Below are positions 24,315 to 32,464 of a stretch of 64,000 nt of DNA, piece after piece (within the stretch, counting starts at the first letter, position 1; each line of letters opens with the position of its first letter). The notes beneath the pieces are model-generated. The model had not been told where the DNA came from and made no database searches. It was given only the letters and a program-made list of their open reading frames with translations. The DNA lies in the NCBI GenBank assembly GCA_910585865.1, contig CAJUGO010000003.1:32924-96923 (forward strand). Reading direction: 5' to 3'. This DNA is from an uncultured Ruminococcus sp. (GTDB lineage Bacteria > Bacillota > Clostridia > Oscillospirales > Acutalibacteraceae). The translations under genes were made by a program, and so were the position numbers.

Positions 24315-25787
24315 ATGATGAATATTTCTATTAAAGAAAATATAGACAAGTTAAAAAGTATGTTTGCAAATTCTGCTGATTTTACAGTCCGTGATATGAC
24401 TCTTTCAGGCAAATCACAGATTAAAGCTGCCATTATTACAATTGAGGGAATGTGCAGTAAAGATGTAGTTGCGATTTCTGTAATAGATCCGTTGCTTTCG
24501 TACAGTTTTAATGTAAGTAAACCTGATGAAGTTCTGGATGAAGTAAGGCTGAGTGTTCTTGCGTCAAGTGAAGTAGTGGAATTTAATACACTTGAAGATG
24601 CTGTAACATTTTCAACCTCAGGCTTTGCCGTACTTATGATTGACGGTACAAAAAAAATGCTGGCTATAGGTGCACAGGGTTTTTCTTTCAGGAGTGTATC
24701 TGAACCGGAAAGTGAGGTTGTGCAGAGAGGGTCAAGAGAAGGATTCACTGAGCCGCTGAGAATTAATATGACTCTTATTCGGCGCCGAATAAAAAGTCCG
24801 GATCTTGTTTTTGAGACTGTTACTGTAGGTTATGGTTCGAACACTCAGCTTATGCTTTGTTATCTTCAGAACAGTGTTTCAAAAAAGATGCTTGAAGAAA
24901 TCCGTCGGAGATTAAAAAAATGCAATTTAAAAATGGTACTTGCATCAGGCTATCTTTCAGAATATCTTGAAGATTCAGGATGTAAGTCAATATTTTCGGG
25001 AGTCGGAATTTCGGAAAGACCCGATACAGTATGCGGTAAGCTGTCAGAGGGAAGAGTAGCAATACTTATTGACGGCACGCCTTCAGTCATATTAATTCCA
25101 CACTTATTTGTTGAGGAATTTCAGAGTGTTGATGATTATTCAAACAGACCTTTTTATGCTACGTTTATCAGGTTGATGAAGTATATTTCGTTTACTATCG
25201 CTGTGTTTTTACCAGGTCTTTATACGGCATTTGCACAATTTCATCCTGAGTATTTTCCAACGGGTCTGTTAATCAAGACCTCTGAGTCCTTGTCCCAAAC
25301 ACCGTTACCTGTGACGCTTGAGGTAATACTTATTACATTTGTATATGAGGTTATGCGTGAGGCAGGTCTTAGAATTCCTAAACCGCTGGGACATGCTGTC
25401 AGCATTGTAGGAGCACTTGTAATAGGAGAGAGTGCAGTGAGTGCGGGAATTATTAGTTCGTCAACTCTTATGGTGGTTGCAACCGCTGCTATTTGCAGTT
25501 ATGTTACTTCAGCTTTGTATCCCCAAATAATGATTTTGCGTTTTGCTTTTATACTTGCCGGCGGAATATCCGGATTGTGGGGTATAGTACTTTTAACTTG
25601 TATAATGCTTATTAATGCATGTTCAAAAACATCATTAGGCGTACCATATATGTCTTCGCTTGCACCTTTTTCCTTTAGAAGTATGCGGGATGTATTTGTA
25701 AGAGCGGATTGGAAAAGTCTTTCAAAGCATACAATTAAGGTGCAGAAATTTCCCGAAACGGAGGAGATGCAATGCGATCAAGAATAA
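24315..25787 (+). CDS. Spore germination protein, GerA family A subunit (GerAA/GerKA-like)
   Basis: 'NIDKLKSMFANSADFTVRDM', 'SVSEPESEVVQRGSREGFTEPLRINMTLIRRRI' and a C-terminal multi-TM region. An alternative start at ATG 24297 is in the same frame. Confidence 0.85.
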   Translation: MMNISIKENIDKLKSMFANSADFTVRDMTLSGKSQIKAAIITIEGMCSKDVVAISVIDPLLSYSFNVSKPDEVLDEVRLSVLASSEVVEFNTLEDAVTFSTSGFAVLMIDGTKKMLAIGAQGFSFRSVSEPESEVVQRGSREGFTEPLRINMTLIRRRIKSPDLVFETVTVGYGSNTQLMLCYLQNSVSKKMLEEIRRRLKKCNLKMVLASGYLSEYLEDSGCKSIFSGVGISERPDTVCGKLSEGRVAILIDGTPSVILIPHLFVEEFQSVDDYSNRPFYATFIRLMKYISFTIAVFLPGLYTAFAQFHPEYFPTGLLIKTSESLSQTPLPVTLEVILITFVYEVMREAGLRIPKPLGHAVSIVGALVIGESAVSAGIISSSTLMVVATAAICSYVTSALYPQIMILRFAFILAGGISGLWGIVLLTCIMLINACSKTSLGVPYMSSLAPFSFRSMRDVFVRADWKSLSKHTIKVQKFPETEEMQCDQE

Positions 25788-26830
25788 GCTTTTCATCAAT
25801 AAGACTTATGCTTACTCTGTTTATTTGTGCTTTTGCAATGTTATTTATGCAGAGTATTTTTGGTGAAGAAAAATCTGATTTTATTACGGATTTATTGAGT
25901 GCGTTATTTGGACTGTCGATAGTTTTGCTTTGCTTTGTGCCGTCAGTTATTATAAAAAGGAAAGCAAATCTTGATTTTATTTCATTTGTAAAACTAACTA
26001 CTCCATCGGCTGTGATTTTTACTTCTTCATATTATGCATTGTATTTTGCATTTCTTTTAACTGGTTTTCTTATTAGATATACTGATGTATTTACAAAAGA
26101 GCTTAATCCTGAAGCTAATGTATATTTTGTCGCTGTTCTTATGCTTGCTGTTTGTATTTATGCCGCAAGTAAAGGTATAAATAATCTTTCAAGAGCGGTA
26201 ATTTTTATTTTTGCTTTATCTTTTGTTGCATTTTTCATTATTACGCTTGGCAATATTGCAAATCTGAATTTTGAAATTAATAAGTCAAATTTTTCTTTTA
26301 ATTATAATTCTGTTATGCAAGGTGTCTTGTTTTATTCAGCGATTGCTTTTATTGCGGTTATATTCGGATTTACCTCGTTAAAGGCAGAAAAATACAAATT
26401 AAAGCATACTATAATAACTGTTATTACCGTATTTGTTGCAGCGGCTGTATTAATGTTTTTTATTTACTTTTCGCTTGGCAAATATGCTGAAAGACAGCCT
26501 TATGAAGTATATCTTCTGTCAAAAGCTTCACACATCGGAGTTGTCAGCGGCATGGACAGTCTTTATCTTGCTGTATTAACATCATCCGTTTTTGTTTTGA
26601 TTACAGCGTTATTGATTAGTATGTCTAACTCTGTTGAAAGAAAATGCCGTAAAAAAGCACTGCTGCTTTTTGCAGTGGCTGTATTTATTTTGTTTATATG
26701 TGCACAAAATTTTAACAATGTAAAGGATATATTGACGGATTATTACATCCTAAATTTCCTGAATTTTATTTCTGCTGTAATCATTCCAGTAATTTATATA
26801 ATTGTTTTTCGGAGAAGATTAAATGTTTAA
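25772..26830 (+). CDS. Spore germination protein B subunit (GerAB-like, APC-type permease)
   Basis: 352 aa with about 10 TM segments. Overlaps the A-subunit stop by 16 nt and the C-subunit start by 8 nt. Confidence 0.75.
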   Translation: MRSRISFSSIRLMLTLFICAFAMLFMQSIFGEEKSDFITDLLSALFGLSIVLLCFVPSVIIKRKANLDFISFVKLTTPSAVIFTSSYYALYFAFLLTGFLIRYTDVFTKELNPEANVYFVAVLMLAVCIYAASKGINNLSRAVIFIFALSFVAFFIITLGNIANLNFEINKSNFSFNYNSVMQGVLFYSAIAFIAVIFGFTSLKAEKYKLKHTIITVITVFVAAAVLMFFIYFSLGKYAERQPYEVYLLSKASHIGVVSGMDSLYLAVLTSSVFVLITALLISMSNSVERKCRKKALLLFAVAVFILFICAQNFNNVKDILTDYYILNFLNFISAVIIPVIYIIVFRRRLNV

Positions 26831-27413
26831 AAAATTTTTATTATCATTGGTATGCTTATTGTTTATTTTTTTGTCGGGTTGTTCAAGCTCAAAACAAATT
26901 GATGTTGCATCTCTTGCAGAAACTGTTACGGCTGATATAAAAGACGGATCACTTTGTTACACATTTTATATTATTGGCAGTGATGAAAAAGTGGATTCAG
27001 TTTCTGTTTTTGCAAATTCTTTTAATCAGGCATGTTCAATTGCTAAGAAGAGCTATATTCCTAACCTGTCACTTGCAAAATTTGAACTGTTTGTGGTAAA
27101 CAAAAAGATTTATAAGGAAATACTAAAATCCGATATAGAATATATTTCCTCTGAGTATTATATATCTCCGCTGTCATATGTTGCGCTTTGTGATGATAAC
27201 ACAATGAAATTTTTTTCAGAAATAAAGGATGCACCTAAAGTGGCAGAAGAACATATATTGCTCTTAAAGAATAAAAATAAGTCAGTAAATATTAATTCTT
27301 TATCTATATTTAATAATTTTAGCAGTGCTTATGATAGAGAATTTTATATACCTTTTATTAATTCTAATGAGGAATTAAAAGCTGAAGTAATTAAAATAAA
27401 TTCAAAAAAATGA
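26823..27413 (+). CDS. Ger(x)C-like germination lipoprotein, unusually short (196 aa)
   Basis: Lipobox 'IFLSGCSS'. Third gene of the gerA-type operon. Only about half the usual GerxC length. Confidence 0.55.
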   Translation: MFKKFLLSLVCLLFIFLSGCSSSKQIDVASLAETVTADIKDGSLCYTFYIIGSDEKVDSVSVFANSFNQACSIAKKSYIPNLSLAKFELFVVNKKIYKEILKSDIEYISSEYYISPLSYVALCDDNTMKFFSEIKDAPKVAEEHILLLKNKNKSVNINSLSIFNNFSSAYDREFYIPFINSNEELKAEVIKINSKK

Positions 27414-27517
27414 GAAAATTTTATTAAAAATTGAAAAATAATTTACAAAAAGACTTTATACTGACCCTGTTTTGGTGTATAATAGAAACAATTATAACAA
27501 AGATAGGACGATGTATT

Positions 27518-28486
27518 ATGTCTTCCGGGTTTTCTGTTCCATTATCAAAAATTGCCGCTGATTTAAATTTAAGCGAAGTATATATTGCTGATAATTTCAA
27601 TGATATAGATATTTCTACCGTTGAAATCAACCGTCCGGGTCTTGAACTTACGGGTTATTTTGAATTTTTTGATAATAAACGAATACAGGTTTTAGGTAAT
27701 ACGGAATTTTCATATTTAGGCCGTTTTGGTTCAGAAGCACAGAGAATGGTAATCGACTCCATTTTTAGCTTTGGACCTCCTGCCGTAATAATCTGCCGCG
27801 ATATAGATCCTTCTAATGCAATTATAGAAAGTGCCAAACTGCACAAAGTTTCTATTCTCAGCACCAATGACAGTACGTCTGATTTGACTGCATCGCTTGT
27901 TCAGTACCTGAATCGTGCTCTTGCACCGCGAATTACCAGACATGGCGTTTTGGTTGAGGTTTACGGTGAAGGATGCCTGCTTATAGGTGACAGCGGTGTG
28001 GGTAAGAGTGAAACTGCAATTGAGCTTATTAAGAGAGGACACAGACTTGTCGCTGATGATGCGGTAGAAATACGCCGAACATCAACAACAACCCTTATCG
28101 GTCAGTCCCCCGCAAATATCCGCCATTTTATTGAGCTTAGAGGTATTGGGATTATTAATGCCAGAAAGCTGTTTGGTATGGGCGCTGTTAAGATGCAGGA
28201 AAAAATTGATATGGTTATTAACCTTGAGCTTTGGGACAGCACTAAGGTTTATGACAGAATGGGACTTGATAATGAATATATGGAAATTCTCGGTATTGAA
28301 GTGCCTACGCTTACAATTCCGGTAAAACCCGGCCGTAACCTCGCTGTTATTATTGAGGTTGCTGCAATGAATAACAGACAAAAGAAGATGGGCTATAATG
28401 CCGCTCAGGATTTATTAAAGAGTCTTGGAATGGATATGGGCGATATTGCACCGTCGCCAAAGGTTGTTATTGATAAATGGGAATAA
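27518..28486 (+). CDS. hprK: HPr kinase/phosphorylase
   Basis: 'GDSGVGKSETAIELIKRGHRLVADD' and 'IELRGIGIINARKLFG'. Start set to ATG 27518 (MSSGFSVPLSKI...). Confidence 0.9.
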   Translation: MSSGFSVPLSKIAADLNLSEVYIADNFNDIDISTVEINRPGLELTGYFEFFDNKRIQVLGNTEFSYLGRFGSEAQRMVIDSIFSFGPPAVIICRDIDPSNAIIESAKLHKVSILSTNDSTSDLTASLVQYLNRALAPRITRHGVLVEVYGEGCLLIGDSGVGKSETAIELIKRGHRLVADDAVEIRRTSTTTLIGQSPANIRHFIELRGIGIINARKLFGMGAVKMQEKIDMVINLELWDSTKVYDRMGLDNEYMEILGIEVPTLTIPVKPGRNLAVIIEVAAMNNRQKKMGYNAAQDLLKSLGMDMGDIAPSPKVVIDKWE

Positions 28487-28620
28487 ACTTACCGGGAGTT
28501 ATTGCCGGTTTTCATGCTCATACATTGAAAAATATAAAAATACGGAATGATATTAAATTTTTAATCTGTAAAATATAGTTTGTTGACAGTATTTGTAACT
28601 TGAAATACGGAGGGTATAAA

Positions 28621-29526
28621 ATGGGCAGTACTGATAATATATATAATTTTGCAAAAGCGCTTGATTGTGATGCAAGAAAATCAGAACCTATGAGCAGGCA
28701 TACTACCTTTAAAATCGGGGGCAAGGCTGATGCATACATAAAGGTAACGAGTCTTGCAAATCTCAGAAAAATTTTGGTGGAATGTAAAAAAAATAATGAG
28801 GATTTTATATTGCTCGGCAACGGAAGCAATGTGCTTGTTTCTGATGAAGGAATAAGAGGAACTGTAATAAGGCTTGATGGTGATTTTAGATTTATTTCGC
28901 TTATTGATGAAACAACAATTTACTGCGGAGCAGGTGCTTCTCTTGCATATCTTTGTAAATTTGCACTCAAATGCGGTCTTACGGGTCTTGAATTTGCATG
29001 GGGAATACCCGGTACAGTCGGCGGAGCTGTATATATGAATGCAGGAGCTTATGACGGAGAAATGAAAAGTATAGTGCATTCCGTTTCACACATTACAAAA
29101 GACGGCGATATTGGCAGGATTGAAAAGGAAAACCTTGGTTTTGGATATAGAACAAGTGTTTATCGTAATAATGATTATATAATAACAGGTGTTGCTGTAA
29201 AGTTAAAAAAGGGAGATCCACAGGAAATTCAGAAAAAGATGGATGATTTTATGTCAAGACGCACAAGCAAGCAGCCGCTTGAATTTCCTAGTGCTGGCAG
29301 TGTTTTTAAGCGTCCAAAAGGGAATTTTGCGGGCGCACTAATTGAGGAGTGCGGACTTAAGGGAAAGTCTGTAGGCGGTGCGCAGGTATCTGAAAAACAT
29401 GCAGGGTTTATTGTGAATAAATCAAATGCTACGGCTCGTGACGTAAAAAATTTAGTCAAAGAAATACAGGATACTGTTTTAAAAGAAACAGGATATAATC
29501 TTGAATGCGAACTTATATTTTTATAA
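28621..29526 (+). CDS. murB: UDP-N-acetylenolpyruvoylglucosamine reductase
   Basis: FAD-binding 'FKIGGKADAYI...LGNGSNVLVSDEGIRG', 'SAGSVFKRP' and 'GGAQVSEKHAGFIVN'. Start at ATG 28621 (GGAGGG RBS). Confidence 0.9.
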   Translation: MGSTDNIYNFAKALDCDARKSEPMSRHTTFKIGGKADAYIKVTSLANLRKILVECKKNNEDFILLGNGSNVLVSDEGIRGTVIRLDGDFRFISLIDETTIYCGAGASLAYLCKFALKCGLTGLEFAWGIPGTVGGAVYMNAGAYDGEMKSIVHSVSHITKDGDIGRIEKENLGFGYRTSVYRNNDYIITGVAVKLKKGDPQEIQKKMDDFMSRRTSKQPLEFPSAGSVFKRPKGNFAGALIEECGLKGKSVGGAQVSEKHAGFIVNKSNATARDVKNLVKEIQDTVLKETGYNLECELIFL

Positions 29527-29544
29527 AATTATAAAGGTGAAAAA

Positions 29545-30408
29545 ATGGAGTTTGTTATTATTAGCGGAATGTCCGGTGCCGGTAAAACCACTGCACTGCA
29601 TATTCTGGAGGATATTGGGTATTATTGTGTTGATAATATACCTTCATCGCTTTTGTCAACATTATATACGCTCTGCTTAAAATCAGGCGATGAATCTATG
29701 AAGCGTGTTGCGGTTGTGGTCGATGTAAGGGGAAACGAAAAATTTGAGACAATGTATGCCGAAATAGAAAAATTTAAAAAAACTTATGATAATGTTAAAG
29801 TAATGTTTTTTGATGCAAAGGTTGACAGCATCATTATTCGTTATAAGGAAACAAGGCGCAGGCATCCGCTTGCCGAACGTCTTAAAGACGGGTCAGTAGC
29901 TGAAGCGGTTGAGTTTGAAAAGGCGCTTTTGCTGCCGATAAAAAATCTTTCTGATTATAAGATTGACACTACATATATGTCAAACAAACAGCTGCGTGAA
30001 CGGGTAATGTCTATGTTTATGAATGATACTTCCCAAGGGCTCACGCTTACTTTTATGTCATTTGGATTTAAATATGGAATACCTCTTGAGGCTGATCTAA
30101 TTATGGATGTACGCTGTTTGCCGAATCCTTTTTATATTCCGGAGCTTAAACATCTTACCGGACTTGACGAAAGTGTAAGAACTTATGTATTGAACAGTGA
30201 GGAGACAACGGAATTTTTAAACAGATTGTTAAAGATGCTGGATTTTGCAGTACCTCTTTACCTTAAGGAAGGAAAGAGTGAGTTGGTTGTCGGCATAGGA
30301 TGTACTGGCGGCAAGCACCGCAGTGTTACTATTGCAATGCAGCTTGATGAGTATTTTATACAAAAGGGCTATAAATGCGTTATTACACACAGAGATATCA
30401 GTAAATAA
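29545..30408 (+). CDS. rapZ: RNase adapter protein RapZ (YvcJ)
   Basis: P-loop 'ISGMSGAGKTTAL', 'DVRCLPNPFY' and 'IGCTGGKHRSV'. Confidence 0.9.
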   Translation: MEFVIISGMSGAGKTTALHILEDIGYYCVDNIPSSLLSTLYTLCLKSGDESMKRVAVVVDVRGNEKFETMYAEIEKFKKTYDNVKVMFFDAKVDSIIIRYKETRRRHPLAERLKDGSVAEAVEFEKALLLPIKNLSDYKIDTTYMSNKQLRERVMSMFMNDTSQGLTLTFMSFGFKYGIPLEADLIMDVRCLPNPFYIPELKHLTGLDESVRTYVLNSEETTEFLNRLLKMLDFAVPLYLKEGKSELVVGIGCTGGKHRSVTIAMQLDEYFIQKGYKCVITHRDISK

Positions 30409-30417
30409 GAGGTAAGA

Positions 30418-31338
30418 ATGTATTTTTCATCTGAGGTAAAAAAAGAGCTTTGTTCTGTTGAAAGCTATGACAGAGAGGCATTAAAAGCCGAACTGTACGG
30501 TATGCTGATTTTTGGCAAACATTTCTCTGACAATAAAATTATTTTTACAACAGAAAATATTTATACAAGCAAAAGAATTATACTTTTGCTTCAAAATTTA
30601 TATATGCCTATAATTGAAAGACAAACCGCATTGCGTACCCGTGCAAGCAATAATTGTTTGCATAAAATAATAGTTGTTGATGAAAATGACTGCAAACGTA
30701 TTTTTGAGGATTTCGGTCATTCCAATAAGCAAATCACATTAAGAGTAAACAGAGCTAATATTTCCAGCGAAGAGCTGGTATCCTCTTTTTTAAGAGGTGC
30801 ATTTTTAGGATGCGGTTCTGTTTCTGACCCTATGAAAAGTTATCATGCTGAGTTTTGTGTACCATACAAAAATCTTTCAATCGATTTATGTAAAATATTA
30901 TCCGAGATTACAGAGTGTGCACTGGCTCCCAAAACAGTTGTTCGCAGCGGAAACTATATTGTTTATTTTAAAGAGAGCGAACAGATTTGTGATTTATTTA
31001 CTTATATCGGTGCGCCTATAAAAGCTATGGAAATAATGGGTACAAAAGCTGTAAAACAGGTTCGGAATAATGTAAACCGACGGATTAACGGTGAGATTGC
31101 CAATATTGAAAAGGTGGCAGCTGCTTCGGCAAAACAGCTTGAGGTAATCAATCACATTAAAGAAACAATCGGTCTTGAGTCATTGCCGGATGATTTAAAA
31201 GAAATAGCATATTTGAGACTTGAAAATCCCGAAATGTCTTTACGTGATTTGGGACAGAATCTTTCTAATCCTATAAGCAGAAGCGGAGCAAATCACAGAA
31301 TTAAGCGCTTGTTTGAATATACCGGCAGAGAGGAATAA
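30418..31338 (+). CDS. whiA: DNA-binding protein WhiA
   Basis: 306 aa. 'FLRGAFLGCGSVSDP' LAGLIDADG-like core. C-terminal HTH 'LRLENPEMSLRDLGQNLSNPISRSGANHRIKRL'. Confidence 0.9.
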   Translation: MYFSSEVKKELCSVESYDREALKAELYGMLIFGKHFSDNKIIFTTENIYTSKRIILLLQNLYMPIIERQTALRTRASNNCLHKIIVVDENDCKRIFEDFGHSNKQITLRVNRANISSEELVSSFLRGAFLGCGSVSDPMKSYHAEFCVPYKNLSIDLCKILSEITECALAPKTVVRSGNYIVYFKESEQICDLFTYIGAPIKAMEIMGTKAVKQVRNNVNRRINGEIANIEKVAAASAKQLEVINHIKETIGLESLPDDLKEIAYLRLENPEMSLRDLGQNLSNPISRSGANHRIKRLFEYTGREE

Positions 31339-31339
31339 T

Positions 31340-31555
31340 ATGATGTGTAAAATGACATTTGAAGAGGCAAATCAAGAACTGGAAAAAACCGTAAGCAGGA
31401 TGGAAAGCGGTAATCTTACTTTGCAGGAAAGCATGGATGAATATGCAAAGGCTTGTGAACTGCTTGCTTTTTGTATGAAAGAGCTTGAAACCTGCAAAGG
31501 TAAAATTGAAGATATAAACCAAAAAATAGACAGGCTGTCAAACGGAGGTAACTGA
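31340..31555 (+). CDS. xseB: Exodeoxyribonuclease VII small subunit
   Basis: 'FEEANQELEKTVSRMESGNLTLQESMDEYAKA'. Start set to ATG 31340, 1 nt after the whiA stop. Confidence 0.85.
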   Translation: MMCKMTFEEANQELEKTVSRMESGNLTLQESMDEYAKACELLAFCMKELETCKGKIEDINQKIDRLSNGGN

Positions 31556-31556
31556 T

Positions 31557-32435
31557 ATGAATAGTTCAGATTATGCTGCAATTATTGAACAGTCATTATT
31601 TGATTTTTTGCCGAGTAAAGACTGCAATGAAAAGAGACTGATAGAAGCTATGCAGTACAGCCTTGAGGCAGGGGGTAAACGTGTGCGTCCTCGGCTGGTG
31701 CTTGAATTTAATGAACTATGTTCCGGAAAAACTGAGAGTGCACTGCCTTTTGCATGTGCAGTAGAGATGATTCATACTTATTCACTTATTCATGATGATT
31801 TGCCATGTATGGATGATGATGATTTGCGCAGAGGCAAGCCGGCAAACCATAAAGTTTTCGGAGAGGATATAGCTCTGCTTGCAGGTGATGCCCTTCTTAC
31901 GCTTGCCTTTGAAACTATTACATGTGATAATACCGTTTCTTTGTCAGGCGCTGATTCCTGTTGTAAGGCTGCTGCTGTTCTGGCTCGTTATGCTGGTGCA
32001 AATGGAATGGTCGGAGGTCAGGTGATAGACCTGATCAGTGAAAACACAAATGCGCCCGTTGAAATTTTACAGGAAATGGACTATAAAAAAACTGCATGTC
32101 TTATTAAAGCAGCATGTGAACTCGGATGTATTTGTGCAGGAGCAGATGACGTGAAGATTAAAGCAGCGTCTCAGTACGGTGAATGTATAGGAATTGCTTT
32201 TCAGATTCAGGATGATATACTTGATGTTATATCTTCTGATGAAGAGCTTGGCAAGCCTGTGGGCAGTGATAAAGAAAACAGTAAATCAACTTATGTATCC
32301 CTGCTGGGTATAGACGAATGTAAAAAAATTGTTCAAAGTCTTACCAATGAAGCTGTAAACGCTCTTAAAGTGTTTGACGCGGATTCTTCATCGCTTAAAA
32401 ATATGGCATATCAGTTGGCAAACAGAAGTAATTAA
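31557..32435 (+). CDS. ispA: (2E,6E)-farnesyl diphosphate synthase / polyprenyl synthetase
   Basis: First Asp-rich motif 'LIHDDLPCMDDDDLRRGKP' and second 'FQIQDDILD'. Confidence 0.85.
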   Translation: MNSSDYAAIIEQSLFDFLPSKDCNEKRLIEAMQYSLEAGGKRVRPRLVLEFNELCSGKTESALPFACAVEMIHTYSLIHDDLPCMDDDDLRRGKPANHKVFGEDIALLAGDALLTLAFETITCDNTVSLSGADSCCKAAAVLARYAGANGMVGGQVIDLISENTNAPVEILQEMDYKKTACLIKAACELGCICAGADDVKIKAASQYGECIGIAFQIQDDILDVISSDEELGKPVGSDKENSKSTYVSLLGIDECKKIVQSLTNEAVNALKVFDADSSSLKNMAYQLANRSN

Positions 32436-32464
32436 TTTGTTTATGGAATTAAAATTTGTTGGGA

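Noticed and set aside
24239-24748. 510-nt N-terminal extension of the 393-aa minus-strand ORF (23567..24748)
   Set aside because: The translation is Ser/Thr/Leu-rich, typical of an antisense shadow, and it lies fully antisense to the gerA-type A-subunit gene. The canonical DUF421 N-terminus begins at the internal Met (ATG 24238).
27431-27517. ORF-track N-terminal extensions of hprK (27431). The same applies to the dockerin protein (53914), yabO (48907), yabP (49365), secF (19343), the ZnuB-like gene (22222) and the GNAT (670).
   Set aside because: Each extension lacks an RBS, runs through terminators or upstream genes, or precedes a canonical family N-terminus that has a good RBS at the internal start.
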